NCBI RefSeq assembly: GCF_040938485.1
Contig: NW_027271721.1
Location: forward strand, 1,550,001-1,614,000
DNA: 64,000 nucleotides
Direction: 5' to 3'
From: Diadema antillarum
Taxonomy: Eukaryota
Below the pieces are notes generated by a model. That model worked only from the letters and a program-made list of their open reading frames with translations. It did not search any database and had not been told where the DNA came from. Positions 13,251 to 27,599 of the stretch are shown piece by piece (within the stretch, counting starts at the first letter, position 1; the number at the start of each line of letters is the position of its first letter). A program made the position numbers and the translations under genes.

Positions 13251-14423
13251 GATCTTAATGTGATAAGAAAGTATTTTTAAACTTTAAGAACATACAATGA
13301 GTGTTTTTTTAATATGTTACATGATGATTTATTGGCATGTATCCAAGACTGCACAAACAGATGTGTGTGTCTCTAAAAATGTACTGTAGGTTTAAGGCAT
13401 ACACTGTCTGATACATTAGAATTTGCCTAGGATGTGAGTGAAATGTAAATTTCTGGGAGATAATCAAGCCACATGGTGACTATTGTATTGTCTAAATGGT
13501 TATGTCTTTATATGGACCTTTAAGACATTTATGATGTGCTGCTTTCCACTATTAATCAGGACATATAATGTTAGAAAGTGGATGTGAGCCAAAGCTGGCA
13601 CAAATGATTTAATCTAAAGTTTGGAAAATGTCCATTATTGAGACTGATACATGATGGTGGTAGAGAACAAAAACTGTGGGTGAATTATTTCTTGTACTTC
13701 TAAAGACATTTTTATGTGAGGAAAGATCCCTACATTACATATTGACAAAGGATAGGGTCAATGAAACAAGAAATTCACAATTTACAAATTGAAAGGAAAT
13801 AAGGAAACTTTAAGAAATAGAGAAAACTCAAGCCTACCCGAGGCACGGAGGATAAGCAGTGCTGAAATTTTGACACAAATTCCTGGGTAGTAATGGGTGT
13901 CTATACAGCATTTGACCAACAGATCCCACAGAGAACCATCAATTGGTTTCTTTCCCTAGGTGATGAGACAGGGTGTTGGTCAATTTTCTAAAGTGCTGCC
14001 AAATTACTTTTGTCAGACCGAAGTGACCAACGAGTAATGACAGGGCAGACCAGATGGGAGGCATTTTATAAACTCATGGGAACTTTGAAACTGTCTCTTG
14101 GAAGTCTGTTGTATTTTTGTGCACTTATGCCATCTTTCAGAGATATTTCATTTGTTGTTGTTGTTTTTTTTATCCATACAGTCTTCAGCAAATCATTTTT
14201 TTTTTTCGGTGTCATGTATGTCATATGTCACTTCATGATGAGTGTATAAAGATTTTGAATGCAAAAACAGATATTCACCATTTTCATTTTTTTTTTTGGG
14301 GGGGGGGGGTGGTTATAAAGTAAGGACATCATCAAAATGTTGGGAAATTAAACTGCACTTGTTACATAACAAGAAATATTTTTGGAAGATATCAAACAAA
14401 AATTATTACATACATTTTGATTA

Positions 14424-15562
14424 TTTTTATGCCTCCGCCACGAAGGCATAAAAAGGCATTATGTTTTGGGGTTGTCTGTCCGTCCGTCCGTCCGTAATGA
14501 ATTTTGTGGACAGGGTAACTACCAAAACCTTTTGAGGTATCCAAATGGAACTTGGCATGTATGTGTATTAGGGGGTGAAGTTGTGCCTATCAACTTTTGG
14601 GTGCACATGCTCAAGGTCAAAGGTCAAAAGATCAAGGTCATATACTTAAAATTTTACTATTTCCCCCATATCTATGCAATGCCTGAAGATATTTTCTTGA
14701 AACTTAGTGTATACATGTACTACCCAATTAAGATTCTCTGGTGAAAGTTTGGGGTCATGAGGTCAAAAGGTCAAAGGTCAAAAGGTCAAGTAAAATGTTA
14801 AAATTTAACTTTTTTCTCTGTATCTTGGAAATTGTTCAAGGTATCTTCATAGAATATAGTATATATGCATAGATCTACTGACTGGCAGTGGTTATCTGAG
14901 AGGGAATTTAGGGTTTATGGGGTCAAAGGTCAGGGGTCAAAGGTCAAGGGCAATACTTCAAAATTTTACTATTTTCCTTATATTTATGCAATGCCAGCAG
15001 GATTATTTTTTTTTTTAACTTGATGTATGCATGTATAACCCAATAGAGATTCTCTGGGATTTTTTTTTTTTTGCCAAGAAGGTCAAAGGTCAAAAGGTCA
15101 AAGATCAAGTGAAAGTGCTGAACTTACTTCTTTTTCCATATCTCGGAAGTGGCTCAAGTTATCTTGAAACTTAGTACATGCTGAATTTGTGTATGTTCTG
15201 CCTGACAGTGATTCTCTTATAAATCAAAGGCCAGATGAAAATGATAACAATTTACTGTTCAATACAGAAATTGCGCTTTTTCTCCATACCTTGAAAAGTA
15301 CTCAGTGCATAAACTTATGAAATGGTCAAAGTCAAGTTAAAGTTCTTAAATCCCCAAATACATGCTCTCCTATTCATCCAATTAAACATAGGTCAAGGAA
15401 GGTAAACATTCAATACATTTGTGACAAACATGTCATTTTAATATTTTGTCAATTTTGTGAAAATGTAATCACACATTGTCCACATACATGTACTATAGAC
15501 CTATTAGGAGAATCATGCATTATGGCGGAGGCATACCAGTCGCCATAGCGACATTTCTAGTC
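14424..15562 (+). mobile_element. Helentron-associated non-autonomous element (HINE/DINE-1-like)
   Basis: Subterminal inverted repeat TATGCCTCCGCCA (14428-14440) / TGGCGGAGGCATA (15523-15535), a (GTCC)n microsatellite near the 5' end, internal ~150-bp repeats, a 3' hairpin GTCGC-CATA-GCGAC (15539-15552) followed by ATTTCTAGT, and T-rich flanks. Confidence 0.8.
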
Positions 15563-18500
15563 TTTGTTTTCAAATGATGTAGTCTCAAATATATCAGATT
15601 GCTAGAAATACCTGATTACATTGCATTTCAACTCTTCATACGTATGCATGTCAAGCTAAAACCAAGTGCATTTTTTATAGAGTTTCAAATGTTATATATC
15701 AAAATAATATTTTATGTTACTGATATTGACTTTGTAAGATTGATAATGTTTGTGGTACTTTTATACTCTTTTGAAGACATGCGAGCAGTAAAATGCTGCC
15801 TATGAAAGTAAAATAATGTCTTTCCCGTCCTTGCACTTGTTTTAAGTTACAAGTGACATTATGCGTTGACCTGAACAACACAGTCATTAGATCTCATGAC
15901 TTTCCTTCTGAATAATGTAAATACCAGCATTTTTTTCTTTCATATATAACTTATCCACTTATGACGACCATGCTTTGATTAATGGTAACAGCCTAACTCA
16001 AGTTTAGTACAGTCTCGAAGCACAACCAAATACTCTCACAAAATATGTTTTGACATTTTTTTTTCTAGATGTTTCCATGAGTCAGTCTTTGCCTCAAAGC
16101 TTTTACCTCAATCAAGCCTTATTCTTCTTCCTCTGCATAAAGCTGGCCCCTTGATGGGCTCTTAAATTGTTTATTGTCAGCCAGCTTCAGATCAAGGTCT
16201 TCCTCCATCTAGAAAATTATATTCTCTGACTTTGATCATGTGATTGCAAACGCCATAGCAACCATGCCTCGTCTGGAAGAACCCTTGCCGTCAGAGTTGG
16301 CATTCAATGCATAATGATGCCACAGCAGGTATCATGCATGATGCTGCATGAAGAGAAAGAGAGAGAGAGAAAAAAAAAACGTGTATGGTCCCTTTGTAGA
16401 CTATGCTCTCTGTACTCTTATATGTTTGCAAATATTGTCACCAAAGTTTTGAATCATTTCTCATTGATATTGTACCATACAATGTACGTATGATGTGTCT
16501 CAATTGTGTGTTGGATAACAAATGAAAAAAAAAAATGACTAATGCTCATCTTGGTATAGAATGCATGAAAGTGTCCGTAAAATGTGATCTTTTCTAAGAA
16601 CTTGGATTAGTACAGGTTGTCTCCATTACTCTTGTTAATTGAGCTGATAGAGGTAAATGCACTTTTGCCTTTCCCAGTTATGATGACATATTCCCTTTCA
16701 ATGTAAATGTGCCTTATAGATGTAAGCATTAAACTTCAATCTTTAAACAGTCCATTTACACAAACTAATCTACTTTAGCTGATGTGCATAAGAGCACTGA
16801 TTTATGTTCAGAATAGTTCTGATGAATATTGATACATATATTGGTACTGTTACTTGATACATAATGGTACTGTTTATACAATCATTTCTATGCATGAAAT
16901 GTATTATACACTCCCTTTTTCAACAAGATAGTGTACCATGCTCTCTATGAAAATTAGTTCTTACAAAGACACTGTTGTCGATGATGAAATAAATTTTTCA
17001 AAAAATTATATGAAATGAAATTCTTGAAAGGTTGGATAATAATAAGTTGACATATTAACCCATACACATAACATGACGTAATTTTGAACAGAGAGGTGTA
17101 GTAATATTGGTAAAGCTATGTGTTGGTGAAACACACCGAGTTTACACAATGTAGGTAGATGCAATGCACATGAAATGCCCAGATGTACTGAATATGTGCA
17201 TGTTGTTTGCGAGAGTGGAGAATGACGTAGATGTCTGTCAGATGCAAATGTCATCCAGGAAAGAATGTTCGGAAGATGATGGAAGTCTAGAACATAGAAA
17301 ATTGGCTATTCCATCTCAACCTGCCTTCTCATATGTTTTCTATTTCTCATCTCTGTATGTTTGCTATTTCTCATCTCCCATATTGGAGTATACTATATTC
17401 CTGTATGTCTCCCCTACAATATCATCCTGTACTCATCTTGTTTCATTCTATTTCCTTTTCTCCTCTCGTTTTAACTTCCATTCTCATTAGTTGCTTGCAG
17501 TTTTGTGTTTTGATTAGAGAACACAATGGCTCATAAGTCTTTCTAAGTGGTGAAATTATAATTTCTCTCTTGAGATGGCTCAGTATTTCTACATTCTATT
17601 CTACTACTTTCTGTTCTTTTGCTCTACCCCCTCTGTCTCCCACTCCTTGTCTATATTTCTCCCTATCTTTAAAGCTTTCTTCCACTGTCATTTGGTAGGA
17701 GCGGGTCTAAATTTGTTTGTTTGCATAATGTTACCACCTGCCTCTTCACCTGCCATCTGTCTATTTGTTGACCTGTCAGTTTCTCTCAAAAAAACTTTAC
17801 CCCTCATTTGCCATTTTCTTGCATCTCCGACTCTCTTAATATACCACCATACCATCTGTCTGTCTCTGTCATGTTCTTGTCTCATTCAGTTAACATCACT
17901 CATTAGTTTCAATTCATCTGTGCATCTCTTTTGTGTTTCCTCCTTGTTTCCATTTTGTCTGCCTCTTTGTTAGCCCCTTTTATCTCATCAGACTAAGATC
18001 CCTCATCATCTTTCTTTTGACACTTGATGATCCCTCGTCTCATCATCCCCTCATGTGCTCCTCTCTGGCACATTCCTTCTCTCTCCCATCCCTTTCACCC
18101 CCGTCTCCACATTTCCGTGGCAACGGCACCTCTCTCTCTCTCCAGGGGGGAGGCTGTATTTGTGCATTAACAAGTGTTACATTAGCAGTTTCTGTGAGAG
18201 CCGCCTGCTGAGTACCTGCAACAAGCATACATAATATTCCACCCACGTCTTGTTGGTGGTGGCCAGTGTGCTTGTGTCGTACTTGCTGTGTGTCTCGGTG
18301 TGAGCCGATATAGTCTTACTCTCTGTATATGATTTGTTGATGGTGATATGTGTGATAATCTCTTCACATCTCTTGTCTGGCATAGGCATTCATTTTTAAA
18401 TAGATGACATACAGACAGTACTGTACTGCATGCAGTCTGAAGTGTGCAGTGCATTCAGACAGAGATTGTGACCACCGCCCTGACAGGTGGCTTAGTTTTC

Positions 18501-21248
18501 TCTTCCCGTGACATTTTCAGACTTGTATTATTATTTCCATGTCTGTCTTGCTATCACTTCTAAGTTTGTGTTCCCATCTTTCGCTATTCTTTAGCATGAC
18601 AAAACCGTGTCCATCTTTTTTTTTTTAAATGTTATCATCTCCATGTCAAATCAACAAGAATGGTTTCATATCCTATTTGCATGTCCACCTCCGGAGCTCT
18701 AAAGTGGATCAATTTCAGGTTGCCAGCAGAATGGATTTATTCAGCATGAGCAAGGTTTTTATCAACAAAATACTTCATTCTCTGCACATACACCATCCAT
18801 ACAGCATTAATCCAAATGGTTTGGGACTAGGGTCACTAATCCAAATGATTGCCGTGTCTCCAATAATGTATTCACCATGATACTTTACTCAGTTTGAATT
18901 CTCATATAAAATATGCAAGTGTTTAGCTCAGGAGATAAAGAGCTTAGATCCACAAGGCCACTAATAACACCTTCAGTCAGGGGTATTGAATTACTGTCAT
19001 CAGCTTACATAGCATACTCATGTCTTTATCAGGGTTCTAATCCTCATTTTATCTCACCACATTGCTAAAGAAGGAAAAAAAGCAATTGAGAAAAAGTATT
19101 GATATATAAAAACCTAAATGTTCAGGCAACTTGTGGTTTTAAATTAGTGGGATATTCACTCATGCACTGGTTTTGAACCAAGAGTGGTACTAATGTGCAT
19201 CATAATGCATGCTGTATCAGATTGCATTAGCTTCACATATATACATACATATTGCATTTATGTACTAACATTTCTATTTTTAAAGGGAGAAACTGTACTC
19301 AAAAGTACTTTTGGTGTGTATGTGTGTGTGTGGGGGGGGGGGGGGGGGGAGGAGAGAAAACACACAACAGAGGAAAAGAGATGTTCCTTTTTGTGTATTT
19401 AGGAAAACCAGGGCCCTGCCTCATTAAGTGTTTTCAAGTATTGATTGCATCTTGCAATATTTACAGTTACCATGACAGCAGCTCTACAGCTAGGAATCAT
19501 CTGTCAGCTGTTGTTGCCATGGTGACTACAATCAATGTGACTGCAATAATTGTCAATGACTTCATGAAACAGGATGCTGTCAATTTTATGCTTACATCAT
19601 CATTAAAATCAAAGGATGGAAAAGGGAAATCAATATTGATATTATACACAGGCATTGAGCCATCTCAATGTCACCTATAAGATTATATTCAGTAGGGCCT
19701 ATATTTTTTTTTTCTTTTATTTTTTTGCTGGGTAATCTGTGCAGTTCAGTAAATCTGATGGGTTTTGGATTTGGCCAGCATTCAGGCATATTGCATAGTG
19801 ACAGATGGCAGATGAGGGGTTAGCAGGAACACAGAGTAGCAGGTGGCAGAAACTGGTAAACTGTGATGCTGAAATTGTGAGGTGTCAATGTGAACAAGAT
19901 TTAATGAGATGACGATTTTAAAGAGATGAGTTTTTCCCTTCCTAACACAGGGCAAGCATCTCATCAATATTCTACCACATCTTTTACATTCACAAGAGAT
20001 AAGAACAAGCTTTGTTTGGGGTACTATATTGTGTGTATGCATTTTGTTTGGTTACAACTCAAAATATTAAACCCGAAGAGATCATGATAAAAAAAGATGA
20101 AATCTTCCCAGTTTACATTTATCTCATTAATTGGAATGAACAAAAATGAAGACCCTCACAACTTCTCCTGGTAAATATTTCCAGTCCAAATTAACATTTA
20201 ACTGATTGATGCTTTTCTATTTACAAGACCGCCTCCTGATTAAAATTGTTATTAGTGACTATTTTAAATTCTATTTTCAAAGAATAATTGCTAATCTGTA
20301 GTTTGCTCTTTTCATCTACATAGGCCTGACTGAATGTGTGCTTTTGTATTTCTTGTATGTCCTCTTTCTTTGTTCATGTTATTCAGATTATCTTCATACT
20401 AGTGTATTCATGAATTCATTGGCATGGTTATGGTATGCAGTATACGGTAATACTTGTCTTTAGGGTGGGATCTAGTCTTGTGGGTGTACATTTTCATGTA
20501 TCTTGATATATTTTGGGTCGCACTAAACGCTGGCATAATTCAATGACCGGGTTATATTCCTGTGGGTGAGATGTTCATAGAGCTAACACAGTTCAATGAT
20601 AAACATAGAACTTTTGTCAAAGGGCCTGCACTGTAGCACCCAGTCAAATGCATTTGTCACAAACATACTTGGGTATTCATGGTCTTTTTGATATCTTAGA
20701 TTTTATATCAGAGTGCAGCTCAGATATTTACAGTAAACTTTTTATAACTCAACAATAACAATTCAACTTTAGTTTTAAACCATCAACCCAGGCTTGAGTG
20801 GTAAAGTAATTAGACATAAAATAGTTACTATGGTAAATGGAATTGTGTCATAATCTGCAATTTATTGAATTCTCAGTAGAGAGTTTATCATCATTATCCT
20901 CCTCATCATCAATAACATACTAGTATTCATTGGCGCTCAAAGTATTACTTTAAGTCATTAAAGCCATTATTGTCATTTACAGCTTAATCCTCAGTTACCT
21001 TATTACTAAATGCCATATATGTGTGTGTGTGTTGTGTGTGTTCTTTGTCTTACACCTGAAATCTAACCTACATTAAAGCACTAATAATTATGAAAAAGCT
21101 TCATATTCTGCCATTATGGGAGTTTCATGTTACATTATTGTCCATTAGACCCATGTCTTCATTTAACAGTGACAATAATCTGAAGTAAAATAATGAAATC
21201 ATATAATAAAGGGAATTGATGAAATGACATTTTCTTTCCATTCATATA

Positions 21249-21429
21249 CTATGAAACTAGAAACATTCACGGCATGAAACTTTCAAGAATTGGAGCTGAC
21301 GGCCTTTTTCATGGCAAGAAGCTTTTAAGAAACACAGCTGTCATTCAATGGATTGTGTAGACAAACACTTTTGCCAATCCTGGCTCTTCACAAAATTTGC
21401 AAAAATTTACAAAATGTGTGGTTTAACAG
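21249..21429. mobile_element. Old copy of ~205-bp Tc1/pogo-type MITE
   Basis: TA|CTATGAAAC...GTTTAACAG|TA; interior similar to 59291-59497. Confidence 0.65.
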
Positions 21430-22859
21430 TACAGTATAATCTGTCATGTCTTGGAAACTTCCTGGATTTGTTACTCTCAAAACATATACCACAACTAAAA
21501 ATTGTTTTTTTTCCAAAGATCTTTGTTTCAAAGGTCTTTGTATCATAAAACTTTTGAATGACCTCATCATTCATTGTGCAACTATTATGAATTATCATGT
21601 ATACCTTATTTCATTCCTTGAACTTCCATTAATAAAAACTTGGAAGCTATAAAATTCTATGCATATACTATCATGTGATGTAGCTATTGCTCAGATAGCA
21701 CATAAGAAAAAAAACACACACAGTATGTTGGTGTATTATGCTGTGCGTTACAAAACATTGACTGAAAGATGAATTCTAACTGCTCTCAGATTGATTGAAT
21801 AGCTTCATTGATATTCTGTTCAGAAAATTGGAAATATTTTAGTCTTCCTTGCATTCACAAAAAAAAAAAGAAATGAATTAAAATACTGTTTGCATTTTGA
21901 ATCTACTTGGTCACTCACAATGCATGTTTCCATCTCTACGCTCCTGTGGGTTTAGAGTGATTTCTAGAAGTGATTTATTGCATCGTTATCAATCATGATT
22001 CAGCTACCTGGCTATACAGGATGTTCCCTTTCGTTCAAGATTAAGAGGAGTGCCTATATAGAATTCTGAGGGATTATAATTCAGACACAACCGTGCTAAC
22101 TACTTTTCTTGAGGAGACAAATTTAGGAAGCAATGTGATAGGCAGCAGCAAGTTTGACACAGTTCAACTTGGAATTAGAAGTGGATATCCCGAACTCCAT
22201 TCCATGAATATGACTCACTCTTTAAAGACATAGGAAGGAAAATGATACCAAAGAGGGTATAAAGGTATCATTGGGCTTGCTCGTCAACCTCTCTTGGGGT
22301 TTTTTTTGTCAGTGGAGTAGAGGTACATGAGATGGGAGTTTATGTGACAGAAGAGTAGCTATTAAGTTTACCCAAGAGACCTTCTTTTTACAGCAGAAAA
22401 GCTCAAGAAGGGAATTAATATTTTTCCTCAAAAATTCCAGAGAGAGCCAGAAGCTCTGAGTTTCCAGAGCATTATTGAGATGACACTAAGATTGTTAGGA
22501 AGTCATTCGTTATTAGAGTTTGATAGAGAACAAAATATTGTTTACCTTTCTTTTGGGAAGAGGAACAATCTTGATAAAGATATATAGAAAAACATTGATA
22601 TCAGTTTGCTGTCAAAATAGATTTCTGTGAGTATGAATGACAATACGGGGAAGTCAAGTTTGTGAACTTGGACATAATTTAAAAGGACTGCGCAAAACTT
22701 TCCATAGCTTATCTAAGGTAGGCATGAATTACATATTCATGGTGTTCTTTGTTTCATCAAATTACCATTAATACCTCCATGTACAAAACCTAATTTATTC
22801 TGTTCACAGAAAAAAAAAACCAGCTGTTGTTTGGCATCCTGATGTATTGCTTTATCATG

Positions 22860-22865
<6 letters not shown>

Positions 22866-22935
<70 letters not shown>
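22866..22935. repeat. (AT)n microsatellite
   Basis: Direct reading. Confidence 0.95.
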
Positions 22936-22937
<2 letters not shown>

Positions 22938-23013
22938 TACATTTTTAGTGGAATAATTATCATCCTGTTGACCTGTAACCATAAGCTGATTCTATTCCCC
23001 AAAAATAAACATA

Positions 23014-23455
23014 CAGTTGAACCTCTATTATCCGGCCTCCCTTTATCCGGATCTCTCTATTATACGGACGCAATCTCACCGTGATTTTTTTTTAATATTA
23101 TAATTACGGGAGGAAAGGGGGATTCCCAACTCCATGAGAACTCCTACACAAACACATGAATTACATATACTTGATACATTTCTTAATGATCATTTAGGTA
23201 AATCATCCCAAGAATTTATAAAAGAAAATGATTTCATTCTTGCAAACACAAACCTCTATTTTGGGGTCTGTTACTGAGTGTAACAATGAAAAGGTTGCAG
23301 TATACACATTACTACATGTGGTACTACAATGGGCTACATCAGTACATGTGTATGTATATGTACATGTATAAAGCATTGAGTCTCCCATATCCGGCCAAAT
23401 CCCTTATCCGGATGAGCCCCGGTCCCGACTTGTCCGGATACGAGAGGTTCAACTG
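23014..23455. mobile_element. Tc1/mariner (pogo/Tigger-like) MITE, 442 bp
   Basis: TA|CAGTTGAACCTCT ... AGAGGTTCAACTG|TA: perfect 13-bp TIR with TA TSD; repeated subterminal TATCCGG motifs. Confidence 0.9.
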
Positions 23456-24160
23456 TAGTTTCTTTTATCCTTTGAGATACTCCTTCTGAAATTTATAAAC
23501 TTTCAGTTATTTCATACATTTCAAATTTAATGATTACTGTACTTGTCCTTTAAACAAAACTTTGCAGTAGTGCATTTGAGGTGTCAGCAAACTTTATGTG
23601 ACCTATGTAGGATTAGTAAATATGATTGATAACAGGGGAACATTATGAGAGGAAGGCACATGCATGGAGAGGTAATTAGTGATGGTGTATGAGATGAAAG
23701 CATCATGAAAGCTAATAATGATCATGAGAATGACATGAAACATGGAGCATGTCAAGAGTATCAAGCACAGATGAGACGTTTGTGGAAATTGATGAAATGA
23801 ACATCACCCCATCATCCTATATCATCATGTAAACATCATCAATAAAGTCACATGATCGGTCACATGGTACTTTGCATCAAATATCACTGTCTGCTAACAA
23901 AAATCACATTATCTCAATATCATTAGCAGAAATTAAAAACAAAAAAAATGTACTTAGAGTGTGTCAATGAAAGCAGTAGAAGAGGAGGAAAAATGATGTC
24001 AGGGATGAAGAAGATGAAATGTATTTCAGCACGGATGGGAAAGCATCGAAGACTATGATGTATATGTATGCTGATTACTTAGTTAAGGATAAAGAAAGTG
24101 AAATCAGTTTCAGCACAAATGGGGAAGTATCCACGACTTCAACTAAAGTATTTGCTGATA

Positions 24161-24364
24161 CTGTAGAACCAGGATCATTTGCAACATGAAATTTTTGCGC
24201 ATTGGAGTCGACAGCCTTTTTTGCAGCATGAAAATTTATGAATCACCACTGCCATTCAATGCATTGTGCAGACAACCACTTTCATGTGCATTTTATTTCC
24301 ATGAATCTTTGCTCCTCGTGAAATTTGAGAAAGTTTCATGCGCTCAAAATTCATGATTTTACAT
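24161..24364. mobile_element. Copy of ~205-bp Tc1/pogo-type MITE
   Basis: TA|CTGTAGAACC...ATTTTACAT|TA; colinear with 59291-59497. Confidence 0.75.
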
Positions 24365-24859
24365 TAAGTTACCCAGCTGATTAAGCCTTGAACATAGAAC
24401 TCATGCAAATTTTCATTTTACTTTTATTTTATGTTCCATTTTCTCAACACAGCATCAGTAAGGCATTCTAGGCATTTGTTGACATGAAGGAAAAAAAATC
24501 AAGGAGCAGTACAGGATATTGGTATCCAGTAGTTTCTTTGAGCAGGCACATCAATCATGCAGTTCTGATGCCAGACACAATCCTTTGATTGAAATTGTAA
24601 AAGTGTTTTATGCTGGAAGCACTGGAACAATGTATCTAGCATTACATTGTCTAGGAAAATGCTTAAACTGAGTGTAGGCGAATAGAGCTATGTTTCTTTC
24701 TTTCTTTATTTATCTTTTTGTCAAACAGAAATGTGTGTGAGTTTCTGTTAGAGAGATTATTTCCAAAGACACATTATATGTTTAGCTACTTCATATTGAA
24801 TGTGTATATGTGTTCCTGCATGTGTGTGTGTGCATATATGAGTATGGATGGATTATGGG

Positions 24860-24864
<5 letters not shown>

Positions 24865-24913
<49 letters not shown>
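24865..24913. repeat. (GT)n microsatellite
   Basis: Direct reading. Confidence 0.95.
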
Positions 24914-24918
<5 letters not shown>

Positions 24919-25172
24919 GCATCAGGGTGTTGTGATTGTTGTTGACGAGTCAATATATTGTAATATCATGACTCTTTAATTATCTCTCTCTAATGTTATC
25001 CTCTTCAAGGTAATATATATTTTGGGTCAGACATTTAATATATTTTGAATTCAAGGTATGCTTACACACGCATACATTATCAGTAGAGAAATGCACTGGG
25101 GTGTTTTGTGCTCTGCATTACTAAAGTAAACCAAAAGTTCTTGAACAATATATGGTCTGTGCTTGTCAGGAA

Positions 25173-25176
<4 letters not shown>

Positions 25177-25240
<64 letters not shown>
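25177..25240. repeat. (AT)n microsatellite
   Basis: Direct reading. Confidence 0.95.
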
Positions 25241-25243
<3 letters not shown>

Positions 25244-26566
25244 TGGACAAAAGCCATTAGAGTTCACTAGATCTAGATCACACACATGAATCATAATCAT
25301 GCTTTTTTTTCTGTCATTTAGTGCTATGAAATGGTAGGGTACAGCTAGGAATTCCTTGAGTACCTCCCTGTTGTTAATGATATTGAATACATGTATCTTG
25401 ATATCATACTATCTATGCAGTTAGGACTTTGCTGAAAAAACATTCAGTGAAGCAATTAACTCTTTATTTATTGGTGTGAATTCATGAAGTAATCCAGAGT
25501 CTAGGTATATATTATATGACAAATATATTATATGACAAATTGTTTAATCCTTTGAACCAGCATTCATTATATATTTACCTCCATGAACTCACATTTCGAA
25601 TGTTAACAGCCAACTTCACCTATATCAACTTGGCTTCTGCATTTGATTAACTCCGAGTAGAGTGTACTTTTGCCTTTCACATTAACTTATAACAGTCTGG
25701 AAGCAATATTAGCTTAAAGCCACAATAGTGCTTATGTTGACCGTAATTCCCTCTCGGTTTTCCATTTGTATTATCTTTCATTGCTTGTGAGTGTGGACTT
25801 ATTACCTTTATGCAGACATTACTGAATGGAGCTGAGTCTGCTGCCATTATTTCCCCTGACTATATTTAATGAAGCAACATCCACTTTGCCTGCATATGAT
25901 CAATAGCTCCATGGCTAAAGTAGCTGTACAAGGCCACTCCTACAATCAAATTTGGCTGGAGATCCTTTTAACACCAGCATTTCCTAATGCACTGGTGGAT
26001 GCATCTCTGCAACTCGACTAATTTTGTACTTTTTCCAGCATACTATAGTTTATCAGCACAGCTGTTTGTTCCTATGATAAATTGTGCATCAAACTTTCCA
26101 ATTCTGCATTCTTAAATTGATGTTGATTACTGTGCAAGCTACATCATTTTGTTAGATTAATACAAGACTAATTGGTGTAAAGAACACCAGTGAAGCATTA
26201 TTTTATGCCACATCACATGCAGATGTGAATGCCTAGGTGGAGATGTGAGATACAGTGGATAGTTCAATAAGCATGATTACTAACCATAATACATTAAATT
26301 GCCATAAAATGAGCAAACATTATAATTAAAGTAAATGTAGGGCAGTGACTCTAGTTTACAAAAAAGCAGCATAGTTATTCTAGCTGAGACTGAACATGAC
26401 AGTTATATTCCTGTGCCTCTTTTAGGCTCATATTGAACGTCACACTCCGGTAGGCTGATGGCTTTAGCAGGTTCACTTCTTCCTTAGATTGGCAAGCTCC
26501 TGCCAGACATCCCAACCATGTGTCACATCCATCACGTTTGATTCCAACAGGCACGCGGAGGAGACG

Positions 26567-26921
26567 ATGGACAATCCAGCGGAGACTGGTGTGCTGCAGA
26601 ACGATCCTTTCTCGGCACAGTACGAGGTGAACAGGAACGAGAAAGACTACACAGAGGGGACTGGAGGCAAGATGGAGACCGGTAAGGAAGAGAAGCAGTT
26701 GGAGCAGCTGCAGGTGGATGGTGTTGCCGGGAAAGGGGATGGTAACGATGCCATGGGCGTCGCCGCCAACGGACACATCGACAACGACGTTGAGATGGCT
26801 GAGACGGAAACTGACGATGTCGCTGGAGAACAGGCAGATGATGGCTACATCGGTCACGGGAGCATGGATCAGACTTCGCCAGCTGTGATGGAGAACGGAA
26901 AACAGGACGGTGGACAATACG
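26567..26921 (+). CDS. Candidate coding exon of an unidentified host gene (acidic, low-complexity N-terminal segment)
   Basis: GC-rich island in AT-rich DNA. Acceptor TTTGATTCCAACAG| at 26550 (alternative at 26487), ATG in GAGACGATGG context at 26567, open frame MDNPAETG...DGGQY, donor TACG|GTAAGT at 26921 (phase 1). No family recognised. Confidence 0.6.
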
Positions 26922-27034
26922 GTAAGTAATCACTTCATGAATTATCACCCTTCCTCATCTTTGCTTTCGTTCCTTTTTCAAAATATCCCCTTGAGGAGTA
27001 GATTCAGCATCTCCCTAAACTGAAAATCATTTAA

Positions 27035-27599
27035 AGGATAAGTTCACCGTCATAGACATGTGGGTTGAGTGAATGCAGCAATATTAGTAGAACACATCAG
27101 TGAGAGTTTGAGCAAAATCGGGCAATCCGTTAAAAAGTTATGAATTTTTGAAGTTTCTGCTCTGTCATGGCTGGATGAAAAGACTACTATAGCTTGTGAT
27201 GTCACATGAGTACAACGATATAAAGAAAGAATAAAGAAAATTCAACATATTTCCATTTTTCTCACATAACAAAAGAACACTCGACTTCTCTCTTTCAGAA
27301 GGCAGGGGGAATAATATCACCCTTAACATACGTCAGTAGCAAGTCGAAGAACTGTGCACTTTCTTAAAAAAGTAAAGTTTTGTGAAATTCTCTTTTTATT
27401 TTCCTTATATAGTTGTACGCATGTGACATCATACACTGTAGTAGTCTTCTCTTCCAGCAGTGACTGCACAGATACTTAAAATATTCGTAACTTTTGAACT
27501 GATTGTCCGATTTTCCTCAAACTTTCATTGATGTGTTCTACTAATATTAGGCCTACTGCATTCTCTCAATTCTTATGCATATGAAGGTGGACTTGTCCT
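27035..27599. mobile_element. Kolobok-type MITE, diverged subfamily
   Basis: TTAA|AGGATAAGTTCACC ... GGTGGACTTGTCCT|TTAA; colinear with 3817-4386. Confidence 0.85.

Noticed and set aside
18920-19000. tRNA or tRNA-derived SINE (TAGCTCAG A-box-like sequence)
   Set aside because: No proper B box and no cloverleaf pairing.
22737-23084. IY-repeat, HT-repeat and VC-repeat ORFs here and at 334-625, 8346-8620 and 24718-24945
   Set aside because: Translations of dinucleotide microsatellites.
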